NCBI GenBank assembly: GCA_964537635.1
Contig: CAZICJ010000004.1
Location: forward strand, 11,797 to 75,796
Source: an uncultured Pirellulales bacterium
Lineage (GTDB): Bacteria; Planctomycetota; Phycisphaerae; Sedimentisphaerales; Anaerohalosphaeraceae
Length of the DNA stretch: 64,000 nt
Reading direction: 5' to 3'
Made by a program: the position numbers and the translations under genes. Shown here in pieces: positions 47,268 to 56,400 of the stretch (position 1 is its first letter; each line of letters starts with the position of its first letter). The notes beneath the pieces are model-generated. The model had not been told where the DNA came from. It saw only the letters and a list, made by a program, of their open reading frames with translations, and ran no database searches.

Positions 47268-48416
47268 TCAACTGCCCGCGATTTCATCGTCCGTTAGGTA
47301 GCATTCAGGTTCGTTTTTCCAGTGCGCCAGGTCAGGGCTGCCGTCCAATGAACGGAAGTTGCCCCCGCACAATTCAAACCAGGTGCATTGGGCGCATCGG
47401 GGGTCTTTGTATTTGTCTTTTTTGCGCAGGATGGAAATAATCGGGTCGTCGGGGTTGTCCCAGATATGGGCGAAGGATTTCTCGTTGACATTGCCCAGCG
47501 AATAGGTGCGCCAGAACTGGTCGGCGAAGACCTGTCCATCCCAACTGACGGCGGCGATATTCTGGCCGACGCGGTTGCCCGCCGAGCGCAGCAGCAGTCC
47601 CTTGACAAAATCGACGCGCGGGTCGTGCTGTTCCTTCATACGCAATAGCAGATAGATGCCGTCGGCGTGATTGCCGACAGTCAGGACTTCCTCGAGGCGG
47701 TCATCACGGCACAGCGAGGCGGTGCAGTCGAGGATTTGGTCCAGAGCGGCGCGCACTTCGCTGTGGGCGGCAGGGGCTATTTGTTCCATCTGGGCCCTGC
47801 CGCAGCGGATAAGGTGATAAAAGCAGATGCGCCGCACATCGGCATTGGTTGCGATGCGAAAGACTTCAGCGACATGTTCAATGTTGCAGCCGGACATTGT
47901 AAAACGCAGACCGGTACGGATGCCGTGCTTGCGGCAGGCTTCGATGCCTCGCAGCGTCGCGTTAAAGGCGCCGCTTTTGCCGCGAAAATGGTCGTGAATC
48001 AGCGGCGGGCCGTCCAGCGAAATGCCGGCATACGACAAGCCTGCCTCGGCAAGGCGTTTGGCAATGTCATCCGTAATCAGGGTGCCGTTGGTGGAAATCA
48101 CCAGCCGCAGACCCAGACCGCGAGCGAAGTGCATCAATTCGAATAAGTCATCCCGCAGCAGCGGTTCGCCGCCGCTGAACAGCAGCACCGGACAGCCGTA
48201 ATCGGCAATTTGGCGGATGAAGTGTTCGGCCTGCTGGGTGGTCATTTCCGGCCCCTGCGGCAGTTCGCGCGACATACTGTAGCAGTGCAGACACCGCAGA
48301 TTGCATCGGGCGGTGCAGTTGAAAACCACAATGGGTTTATGGTCGCGCTGTGCCGGATAACGCAGGGCGTCGGATTGGCCGGCCAGCCCGCAATATAATT
48401 TTGAGATATTAATCAT
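47268..48416 (-). CDS. ahbC: Radical SAM/SPASM heme biosynthesis protein, AhbC/NirJ1-like
   Basis: MINISKLYCG N-terminus, CNLRCLHC, LFSGGEPL, ISTNG, VLTVGNHADG, SPASM C..C.WFELCGG. Confidence 0.8.
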   Translation of the reverse strand: MINISKLYCGLAGQSDALRYPAQRDHKPIVVFNCTARCNLRCLHCYSMSRELPQGPEMTTQQAEHFIRQIADYGCPVLLFSGGEPLLRDDLFELMHFARGLGLRLVISTNGTLITDDIAKRLAEAGLSYAGISLDGPPLIHDHFRGKSGAFNATLRGIEACRKHGIRTGLRFTMSGCNIEHVAEVFRIATNADVRRICFYHLIRCGRAQMEQIAPAAHSEVRAALDQILDCTASLCRDDRLEEVLTVGNHADGIYLLLRMKEQHDPRVDFVKGLLLRSAGNRVGQNIAAVSWDGQVFADQFWRTYSLGNVNEKSFAHIWDNPDDPIISILRKKDKYKDPRCAQCTWFELCGGNFRSLDGSPDLAHWKNEPECYLTDDEIAGS

Positions 48417-48458
48417 CGTTCACCCTTATCGGATACGCCTCTCACGGCGTTTGCTTGA

Positions 48459-48542
48459 TGCGAGCGGAGGGAGTCGAACCCACAAATCCCGAAGGACACA
48501 AGGACCTAAACCTTGCGCGTCTGCCAGTTCCGCCACGCTCGC
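48459..48542 (-). tRNA. tRNA-Leu(TAG)
   Basis: GCGAGCG acceptor stem, GGAACTGGCAGAC D-loop, CAAGG-TTTAGGT-CCTTG anticodon arm, long variable arm, GGTTCGACTCC T-loop; CCA not encoded. Confidence 0.95.
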
Positions 48543-48547
48543 TTTTG

Positions 48548-48823
48548 TCAAAACAAATTGTCGCCGGCCTGCTCTTGGCCTTGTTCGGCGACCGGTCTTT
48601 CTGCCGACGCCGGTGCCGCGGTCGAAATCTCCTCAATCCGCTTTTCGGCATCCTGCAGAATGCCCCGGCAGTATTGTATCAGCTTCATCCCCTTTTCGTA
48701 CTGCTCCAGGCTTTCCTGCAGCGGTACCTGTCCCTGCTCTATCCGCGAGACAATCTGCGTCAATTGCTCAATCGCCTGTTCAAATGACGGCCCTTCGGGT
48801 TTGTTTTTATCGCCTTTTGCCAT
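48548..48823 (-). CDS. xseB: Exodeoxyribonuclease VII small subunit
   Basis: SFEQAIEQL.QIV..IEQG.VPLQESLEQYEKG..L...C. Confidence 0.93.
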   Translation of the reverse strand: MAKGDKNKPEGPSFEQAIEQLTQIVSRIEQGQVPLQESLEQYEKGMKLIQYCRGILQDAEKRIEEISTAAPASAERPVAEQGQEQAGDNLF

Positions 48824-48825
48824 AA

Positions 48826-50331
48826 TCACTTATCCTGATTTTCCGTGAGCGTTTTTTGCACAACGCTTTCAATTTTTTCCTGTCGGGCAAGTTCCGTCCA
48901 TATAACATCTCCAATGTTGACATCACATGCCGCTCCGACAACCCGTCCCGTCCGGCAGTTATGGGTGATGCTGTACCCGCGTTCCAGCACCGCCTTGGGG
49001 TTTAAGGCTTGTAATGTATGCTCAACGGCAGCCATTTGCAATTGGTTTTTTGAAAGAATGCCCGCAATGCCCTGCCCCAGCCGGTTTCCCAGCCCTGCCA
49101 GCCGCATGGAATCGGCTTGAATCCGCCGATGGGGTTCGTTTCGCCGCATTCGTTCATTGAGCCAGTCGAGCCTCTGCCGGCCAACCGCAAGCCGGCCGGA
49201 CACCGTCTTTTGCAGTCGCGCTGCCAACCCATCAATCCGGCTGCCGCCGGCGTATAAAACCCGCATCGGTTCAAGCTGCCCGACGCTTTTTTCGAATTGC
49301 AAGACACGTCGCTGTGCCAATTCTACCCGCTTTTGGATAGCGGCGTTCAATCGGGTATGGCAGTCGTCGAGCTGTTGCGTATTGTTTTGCAAAATCCGCC
49401 CCGGCTGGCGGAACAATCCGGATGCAAGGACTTCGGCAATCCTTGATTTGAGATACCGCAATTCATTTTTAACCGAGTGCGAAAGCCGTTTTTGGAGTGA
49501 TTCAATCCCCGCCAGCACCTCTTTTTTATCCGGCACGGCAATCACGCCCGCCTGCGTCGGCGTTGAAGCCCGTACATCGGCGACAAAATCCGCAATCGTA
49601 AAATCGACTTCGTGGCCAACGGCGCTGATAACCGGCAGATGCGACTTAACTATCGCTCTTGCAAGGACTTCCTCATTAAACGCCCAGAGGTCTTCCATCG
49701 ACCCGCCGCCGCGTCCGATGATGAGCAGTTCCAATCCCAGTTTGCCGCGCTGCTGGTTGGCTTTGGCGATGGCGGCGGCGATTTTTTCGGCAGCCCCTTC
49801 GCCCTGCACCGGCACATCGAACAGGAACAATTTGCATGGCCAGCGCTTAAAAACGCTGTTTTGAATATCCTTGACCGCCGCCCCGCTGGCACTGGTAATG
49901 ACGCCGATATTCATTGGATAGGCCGGCAGCGGGCGTTTGCGGGCATCATCGAAAAGCCCTTCGGCTTGCAGTTTTGTCTTGAGTTGCTCAAACGCCAATT
50001 GCAAGGCGCCGACGCCGGCCGGCTCGATTTTGTCGGCATAAAGCTGATAGCGGCCGGCCGCCTGATAGACCTCGATATGCCCGCTGACTAACACCGCAAG
50101 GCCGTTTTCCGGCTCGAATTTGAGGGCGCGGAATTTGCTCGCCCACATCACGCAACTCAGAATGCTGGATTGGTCTTTGAGCGAAAAATAGCAATGGCCG
50201 CTGGCGTGAACCTTAAAATCCGTAATCTGGCCGCTGACAACTAAGCGGGCGGGGACTCTCTCCTCGATCGCCGCTGAGACCATCGCATTGACCTGACTGA
50301 CACTGTAAATGAGTAATTTCGCTTTCGCCAT
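48826..50331 (-). CDS. xseA: Exodeoxyribonuclease VII large subunit
   Basis: SGHCYFSLKD, GVITSASGAAVKD, VQGEGA, IGRGGGSMEDLWAFNEE, SAVGHEVDFT, LNPKAVLERGYS. Confidence 0.96.
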   Translation of the reverse strand: MAKAKLLIYSVSQVNAMVSAAIEERVPARLVVSGQITDFKVHASGHCYFSLKDQSSILSCVMWASKFRALKFEPENGLAVLVSGHIEVYQAAGRYQLYADKIEPAGVGALQLAFEQLKTKLQAEGLFDDARKRPLPAYPMNIGVITSASGAAVKDIQNSVFKRWPCKLFLFDVPVQGEGAAEKIAAAIAKANQQRGKLGLELLIIGRGGGSMEDLWAFNEEVLARAIVKSHLPVISAVGHEVDFTIADFVADVRASTPTQAGVIAVPDKKEVLAGIESLQKRLSHSVKNELRYLKSRIAEVLASGLFRQPGRILQNNTQQLDDCHTRLNAAIQKRVELAQRRVLQFEKSVGQLEPMRVLYAGGSRIDGLAARLQKTVSGRLAVGRQRLDWLNERMRRNEPHRRIQADSMRLAGLGNRLGQGIAGILSKNQLQMAAVEHTLQALNPKAVLERGYSITHNCRTGRVVGAACDVNIGDVIWTELARQEKIESVVQKTLTENQDK

Positions 50332-50409
50332 AGATGCGGATTATAACGCAGCAGACATACAAAAAAAAATCCCTTTCTTCACCCTGTCTCTTTCGCATCA
50401 TTCCAAAGA

Positions 50410-50650
50410 AATTGGGTTCGTTTTGCATTTTTAGCTTTCAGCGGGCAGCACCCAGCCAACAGCAAGGGGGATTCTTCGGCAGAGCCTCAGAATGACCGGG
50501 GGATACCGTTGATCCAAGATGTTTGAAGTCTCATTTCTGTGGGCTTGTGAAATGCCCACCCTTCACGGCGCACATTTTACCACAAACGAGTTGAAATTTC
50601 CACTTGAAAATTCTAAATCGTAAGCACGAAATCCGAAACAAATTCAAAAT
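50410..50650. repeat. Intergenic mosaic of REP-like elements
   Basis: 23-bp copy of the 23551 repeat; gattcttcgg..ctcagaatgac (50470-50496); gtgggc..gcccaccc hairpin (50539-50563); aagcacgaaatccgaaacaaattc tract (50610-50650). Confidence 0.5.
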
Positions 50651-50845
50651 GGGTAAATGGAAAGATATGAAATAAGAGGGGCAAGATTGGGGGTGGAAAA
50701 TAACGACCAGACAAAGCGGAATTGTATTGAAGATAGTGGGAAAAAAGTTCGCAATTCGGGACGAAAAGGAAACAGGAAACTGAAAAAATGAGATTGGGAT
50801 TAAAGGTAAAGACGCACGGGCGTGGGTCTCTACGGGACGTTTTAT

Positions 50846-51265
50846 TTAGGATTTTTTCTTATAGGCTTCGGCGGGGTCATAGACTTTTTGTGCCGTCAGA
50901 GTCAGTTTGTCTGCGAAGCCTTTTTCGACCGCGCGGTAGAAGCAGGATTGGTAGCCGACGTGGCATTGCCCCTGATCCACAACGACCTTAAGTACCAGGC
51001 AATCCTGGTCGCAATCGACCAACACCTGCTGGACTTTCTGGACGTGGCCGCTTTCTTCGCCCTTGCGCCACAATTTCTGCCGACTGCGGCTAAAATACAC
51101 GGCATTGCCCGTTTTGAGCGTCAAATCGAGGGCTTCCTGATTCATATAGGCGACCATCAGGACTTCGCCCGTGCCGGCGTCCTGAGCAATGGCGGTTATC
51201 AAGCCGTTGGCATCGAACTTCGGCGTAAAGTCCAATCCTTCCTCTATTTGTTTGGGCGCTGCCAC
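50846..51265 (-). CDS. hisI: Phosphoribosyl-AMP cyclohydrolase
   Basis: GEVLMVAYMN, YFSRSRQKLWRKGEESG, DCDQD, CHVGYQSCF. Confidence 0.95.
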   Translation of the reverse strand: MAAPKQIEEGLDFTPKFDANGLITAIAQDAGTGEVLMVAYMNQEALDLTLKTGNAVYFSRSRQKLWRKGEESGHVQKVQQVLVDCDQDCLVLKVVVDQGQCHVGYQSCFYRAVEKGFADKLTLTAQKVYDPAEAYKKKS

Positions 51266-51371
51266 AATTGTATCTCCTGAGATTTCAATAAATTTTTAAC
51301 GGATTTCATATCTCTTATTGCAGGGGGACGTTTTACCCTGTATTCTCTACAAAAACAAGTATTTTTCAGGA

Positions 51372-52418
51372 ATGACCGGTTTGAGCAAACAGAAAAAAAA
51401 GGGATATCTGGGGCTTGCCGTCCGTTTTCTGGTGGCGGCGGCGGCCTGCGGTCTGTTGGTTAAGTCATTGGATTTCAAGCAATTAGCGGATACATTCCAG
51501 AAGCTCAATCTCTGGATACTGGCAGCGGCAGTGGGGATTTTTACGGCCGGCCAGACAATCGTTGCCCTGCGGTGGTGGATTCTGATGCGTGCCAATCAGA
51601 TTTTTATCAGGCTATGGCAGGCGGTCAAATTGACCTTTTTGGGGATATTCTTTAACAATTTTCTGCCGGGGGCGATTAGCGGCGATTTCCTGCGCGCCTG
51701 GTATGTCGCCAAGCACACAGACCGAAAAATGCTGGCGGCTATATCCGTATTTATGGATAGACTTATGGCATTATTCGCTTCGTTTATCATGGCTTGTACG
51801 GCGTTGCTGATCGCTCATCCAGAGGGTATCTTTCAGGCTCAGGACAAACAAGGTCTGGATGGTCTTAAATCAGCGCTATATTATATTCCAGTAATCTTGA
51901 TAGGAATTATCATAATTATGCGCATTGTACTCTTTTTTCCTTTTGGCAAGCGGCTTTTTTTAAAATTGACTCAATCCGTCATAGTGCATTTTCGCCGGTT
52001 TGTTTATGATCTGTCCGAGGCGGCATTGAGCTGCGTCCGCAAGCCCTTGACTCTGCCAATATCCGTATTATTAACACTGATATTGCAGTTTTCCGTGATT
52101 TTTGCCCTGTGGATGGTCGGCAGCAGTTTGGGAATGACCGTTGGGCTGGGGGATTATCTGGTGTATTTTCCGCTGATGTGGGTGGTGGGGTCTATTCCTG
52201 TCAGTATCGCCGGCGTTGGCGTGGTGGAAGGCGGGATTGTTGCTCTGTTTAGCCAGTTTTCAGGGGCATCTGTGGAGTCCGCCGCCGCATTGGCGCTGTG
52301 CCAGCGGTTGATTTGGATACTCGGTTCACTGCCGGGAATGGCGATTCATCTGAAAGGCGGATATTTGCCAGAGGGAGAAAATGAGTTTTTTATTGACGGC
52401 AGTGCGGCAAAACACTAA
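51372..52418 (+). CDS. Lysylphosphatidylglycerol synthase TM / UPF0104 flippase-like membrane protein
   Basis: ALRWWIL, FFNNFLPGAISGDFLR, SVFMDR, PVSIAGVGVVEG. Confidence 0.85.
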   Translation: MTGLSKQKKKGYLGLAVRFLVAAAACGLLVKSLDFKQLADTFQKLNLWILAAAVGIFTAGQTIVALRWWILMRANQIFIRLWQAVKLTFLGIFFNNFLPGAISGDFLRAWYVAKHTDRKMLAAISVFMDRLMALFASFIMACTALLIAHPEGIFQAQDKQGLDGLKSALYYIPVILIGIIIIMRIVLFFPFGKRLFLKLTQSVIVHFRRFVYDLSEAALSCVRKPLTLPISVLLTLILQFSVIFALWMVGSSLGMTVGLGDYLVYFPLMWVVGSIPVSIAGVGVVEGGIVALFSQFSGASVESAAALALCQRLIWILGSLPGMAIHLKGGYLPEGENEFFIDGSAAKH

Positions 52419-52682
52419 ACTGATAAGTGTCCGGATAATCGGTCTAAATAGGTGGAAAAACCGAAGATATGCTGACATTGCAAAACTTCACGGTGTTAAA
52501 ACATGGGGGGTATGAGGCACTGTCGTCTGCCGCTGCGGCGGACGGCCGAATTGTCGTGTCGTCGGACGCAAAAAAGTCGGCCCGGCTCCATTTCCTGCAT
52601 AGTGCGGCTATGGAGAGGGCATATAACTATAGTCGTCGGTATTCAAACCGCACCATAACTACTTGTGAAAGGGAGGGCGACC

Positions 52683-52997
52683 ATGCTCTTTACAATGACT
52701 GGGAAACATATTGAGATAACCGCAGCGCTTCGTCAGCATGCACAGGAGAAAGCGGACAAGCTGCCGCGATTTTACGACCATATCAGCCATGTGGAAGTTA
52801 TCCTGGAAGGCAGCCACGGCGGGATGCCGAGCGTGGAAGTGATTGCCCGGGTCGAACACGCAGAGGATACGGTGGCACGGGAAAGCGGTCCAGACGCCTA
52901 TACCTGTATCGATATGGCGTTTCATAAAATAGAGCGTCAGTTGAAAAAAGCCAAGGAAAAGCAGCGCAATAATAAGCATGTTTCCCTGGAAGAATAA
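52683..52997 (+). CDS. hpf: Ribosome hibernation promoting factor (RaiA/HPF)
   Basis: TGKHIEITAALRQHAQEK, DAYTCIDMAFHKIERQLKK.KEK. Confidence 0.9.
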   Translation: MLFTMTGKHIEITAALRQHAQEKADKLPRFYDHISHVEVILEGSHGGMPSVEVIARVEHAEDTVARESGPDAYTCIDMAFHKIERQLKKAKEKQRNNKHVSLEE

Positions 52998-53093
52998 TAT
53001 TTTTTCGGCATCCGATTGCGGCATGCCGGTTGTTTTCCGTCGGCGAGCGGCAAAAACGCATCCGCCGCCGCGATTCGCTTGTTAGGAGAATTC

Positions 53094-53567
53094 ATGAAGC
53101 TGGCTGATATCGTTTGTTTTGATGCGATTGTGGATCGTCTTGGTTCGTCCAAACGAGACGAGGTAATTCGAGAATTGGTGCTGCTGCTGGTCAAGAGCGG
53201 TAAAATTAAGAAAACGGCTGCAGACAAAATTGCCCAGTCTGTGATTAAGCGCGAGAACGAGGCCAGTACCGGCATCGGCAGGGGCGTTGCCGTTCCGCAC
53301 GCCAAGTGTGCCGACCTTAAAGAACCGGTGGCGGCCATTGGCTGCTCTTCGGACGGGATCAATTTTTCGTCGCTGGACAAGCAGCCGGTCTATAGTGTGC
53401 TGTTGCTGCTGAGCCCAGCCGATGACCCAGACAAGCACCTTCAGGCGATGGAGACCGTTTTTCGCAATCTTCAAAAAGACGATTTTCGCCGTTTTCTCAG
53501 ACAGGCTCAATCCGTCCAGGATATCAAGGAAACCATTCTGGATGCGGATGGGGATTTGGCGGAATAA
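53094..53567 (+). CDS. PTS EIIA (Ntr/Fru-type) component
   Basis: KRENEASTGIGRGVAVPHAK, FSSLDKQPV; RBS AGGAG. Confidence 0.9.
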   Translation: MKLADIVCFDAIVDRLGSSKRDEVIRELVLLLVKSGKIKKTAADKIAQSVIKRENEASTGIGRGVAVPHAKCADLKEPVAAIGCSSDGINFSSLDKQPVYSVLLLLSPADDPDKHLQAMETVFRNLQKDDFRRFLRQAQSVQDIKETILDADGDLAE

Positions 53568-53608
53568 TCCCTGCATATTCGGAAAAAGCCAGGCAAAGGA
53601 AACCTGCG

Positions 53609-53917
53609 GTGGCGGATACGATTCACGAAATTGAAGTTGAAATCAGGAACGAAAGCGGCTTGCATTTGCGTCCGGCGATGCAGTTTGCCGACCTGGCCGG
53701 TTCGTTTAAATCGGATATCCGCGTCATCAATGAAACGACCGAAGTGGACGCCAAGAGCATTATGCAGATGTCGATGCTGGCGGCAACCTGCGGGGTAAAA
53801 TTGAAAATCAAAGCCCGGGGGCAGGATGCCCGCGAAGCCCTGTCGGCGCTGCAATCGCTGGTGGAAAATGATTTTATGAACACGGCGGTTCCTGACACGG
53901 GAACCCCCAGAGGATAA
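53609..53917 (+). CDS. ptsH: Phosphocarrier protein HPr
   Basis: NESGLHLRPA (His15), VDAKSIM (Ser46). Confidence 0.93.
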   Translation: MADTIHEIEVEIRNESGLHLRPAMQFADLAGSFKSDIRVINETTEVDAKSIMQMSMLAATCGVKLKIKARGQDAREALSALQSLVENDFMNTAVPDTGTPRG

Positions 53918-53933
53918 TCGCAGAAGGTAAGGT

Positions 53934-55670
53934 ATGGAAATTCGTAAAGGTATTGGGGTCTCCCCCGGCATCGCCATCGCGCGGTGCATGGTGATTGACT
54001 CCAAGGACTACCGCATTGCTCGGCGGTCTATTCTGGATTCGCAGCGGTCCAGGGAGATTGCGCGTGTTCGCCAGGCGTTCGCCGAAGCGATTAAAGAATT
54101 AACCCATATCCAGACATCCCGCAATATTGAAAAGGGCAGCATCAAGGAGATTTTTGCGGTCCATACACGGTTTTTGCGGGATAAAAGCTTCCGCAAACGG
54201 ATTACGGACTTCATTGACAAGGAAAAGGTTACTGCCGAGTATGCCGTGTCGGCGATTTTACGGGAGATTGCCTCTCATTTTGAGGGCATCGAGGATGCTT
54301 ATATCAGCGAGCGTGCGGCGGACATTTACGACATTGAAAAACGCCTGCTGACACAACTGCTGGGCAAGGTAACGCATGATGTGGAACATCTGACCGAGGA
54401 AGTGGTGGTGGTAGCCCACGAACTGATGCCGACGCAGACGGCCAGTTTCAATAAGACCTTTGTGCGGGGGCTTGCGACGGAGGCCGGCGGGCGCACCAGC
54501 CATACGGCGATTGTCGCCCGGTCGATGGGCATTCCGGCGGTCGTTGCGCTGGGGGATTTGACCAGCGCCATCACGACCGACAGCGTGGTGATTATCGACG
54601 GCAACCGGGGCGTGGTGGTGGTGGACCCGGATGACGAGACGCTGCGTCAATATCAGAACTATGCCCGCCAATTGGTGCTGTTTGTGCATCAACTGGATGA
54701 ACTTCGCGATAAGCCGGCCGAGACTAAAGACGGGATTAAGATACAGCTTCTGGGCAACATTGAGTTTCCGGATGAAGCGGCGGTTGTTCGCGAAAAAGGC
54801 GGCGAGGGCATCGGGCTGTACCGGACGGAATTTTTGTATTTGTACAGCGGTTCAGAGCCGACCGAAGAAGACCATTATCAGGCGTATGCTCAGGCGGTTA
54901 AAGTATTTTCCCATGAGCCGGTTGTGATTCGCACCATGGATTTGGGAGCCGACAAACTGCCTCAAACCATACGGTCTGACCCGGAGACCAATCCAGCGCT
55001 GGGACTGCGTTCCATTCGGTACTGCCTTCAGCATTTGGGACTGTTCAAGACCCAGCTTCGGGCGATCCTGCGTGCATCGGTGCTGGGCAATGTGCGCGTG
55101 ATGTTTCCGCTGGTGACCAATCTGCAGGAGCTGCGCCAGGCGCGGATGATTCTGCGGGATGTGATGGAAGACCTCGATGAGTACGCGATTGCGTACAATG
55201 CCAAAATGAAAGTGGGCATTATGATTGAGACACCCAGTTCGGCGCTGACGGCCAATTTTCTGGCGGCGGAAAGCGATTTTTTCAGCATCGGCACCAACGA
55301 CCTGATTCAATATACGCTGGCCGTGGATCGCTGCAACGAGCATGTATCGACGCTGTTTTCAGCGGCAGAACCCGCGGTGCTTCGGATACTGCGCGGCGTC
55401 ATCAGTGACGCCGGCCAGGCGGGCATCGATTTGAGTGTTTGCGGCGAAGTGGCATCCGACCCGGAGTTTATTATGCTGCTGCTGGGCATGGGTGTGCGGA
55501 CGCTGTCGCTGGCGTCGCCGATGATTCCGGAGGTCAAGAAAATTATCCGTTCGGTAACCATCGAACAATGCAATGAACTGGCCGTCCGCGTGGCGCCGAT
55601 GGATTCGCAGCGTCAGATTAAAAATCTGCTGCGCGACGCGGCCAGCCAGATTTTGCCGGAAACCTTCTGA
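53934..55670 (+). CDS. ptsI: PTS enzyme I (PEP-protein phosphotransferase)
   Basis: GGRTSHTAI, GIGLYRTEF, IRTMDLGADK, NPALGLRSIR, FFSIGTNDLIQY, VCGE. Confidence 0.96.
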   Translation: MEIRKGIGVSPGIAIARCMVIDSKDYRIARRSILDSQRSREIARVRQAFAEAIKELTHIQTSRNIEKGSIKEIFAVHTRFLRDKSFRKRITDFIDKEKVTAEYAVSAILREIASHFEGIEDAYISERAADIYDIEKRLLTQLLGKVTHDVEHLTEEVVVVAHELMPTQTASFNKTFVRGLATEAGGRTSHTAIVARSMGIPAVVALGDLTSAITTDSVVIIDGNRGVVVVDPDDETLRQYQNYARQLVLFVHQLDELRDKPAETKDGIKIQLLGNIEFPDEAAVVREKGGEGIGLYRTEFLYLYSGSEPTEEDHYQAYAQAVKVFSHEPVVIRTMDLGADKLPQTIRSDPETNPALGLRSIRYCLQHLGLFKTQLRAILRASVLGNVRVMFPLVTNLQELRQARMILRDVMEDLDEYAIAYNAKMKVGIMIETPSSALTANFLAAESDFFSIGTNDLIQYTLAVDRCNEHVSTLFSAAEPAVLRILRGVISDAGQAGIDLSVCGEVASDPEFIMLLLGMGVRTLSLASPMIPEVKKIIRSVTIEQCNELAVRVAPMDSQRQIKNLLRDAASQILPETF

Positions 55671-55716
55671 CCGTTTGAGCGGTCGCAAAGAAAGTCTGTT
55701 TCGGGCGATTGGAATT

Positions 55717-56400
55717 ATGGATACCAAAACACTGGTTATGACATATTGTATCAACGGCACGATTTCCTGTCTATCACAACAGGAGACGCTGGCGATGTTT
55801 GCTCGTGCGCTGATTCGCGCCGGTCTGGATATTGTATTTTCCAACGGCTTCAATCCGCACCCCCGCCTCTGGCTGAGTCTGCCGCGGGCTGTCGGCGTTG
55901 AAGGGCAGGATGAATTACTGTCCGTGCTGGTTTGCCGTCCGCCGCTGCTGGATAGCGGCCTGCTCAAATCACTCAACAGCCAACTGCCGGCAGGATGCCG
56001 GATTACGGACGCGTCGCTTCTGGAAGGCCGCGTGGTCTATCAGCCCGACAGCGTGGAGTATATTTTTACGGCAGACTGGTCGGCGGCGCCGCAATTGCCG
56101 GTGCGGCTGTCGGATTGCCGCCGGCAGATAGAAAGCCGCGAACCGATATGGATTCAGCGGGGTCATTACGGCAAGGCTCAGACCCGCCGGCTGGATATGG
56201 CTGCGTTTCTGGAGCATATCGAGTGGCAGGATGGCTGTATTCGGCTGCGCTGCCGCGTTAGCGGCCAGGGGGCGATTCGCATAGAGGAAATGCTGGCCTG
56301 GATGGGGCTGGAGCGGCAGTGTCTGACATCCCCGATTTTGCGCACAAACATCAAGTGGAGCATTCCACGGAAAGCAGGTGAACAAACTCATGTCAATTGA
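55717..56400 (+). CDS. TIGR03936-family radical SAM-associated protein (DUF2344)
   Basis: LSQQET...FARALIRAGL.I.FSNGFNPHPR......AVGVEGQDE. Confidence 0.85.
   Translation: MDTKTLVMTYCINGTISCLSQQETLAMFARALIRAGLDIVFSNGFNPHPRLWLSLPRAVGVEGQDELLSVLVCRPPLLDSGLLKSLNSQLPAGCRITDASLLEGRVVYQPDSVEYIFTADWSAAPQLPVRLSDCRRQIESREPIWIQRGHYGKAQTRRLDMAAFLEHIEWQDGCIRLRCRVSGQGAIRIEEMLAWMGLERQCLTSPILRTNIKWSIPRKAGEQTHVN

Noticed and set aside
52469-52714. 81-aa ORF upstream of hpf / sigma54 promoter
   Set aside because: No motifs or clear RBS; the GGCAC...GC spacing is one base off the -24/-12 consensus
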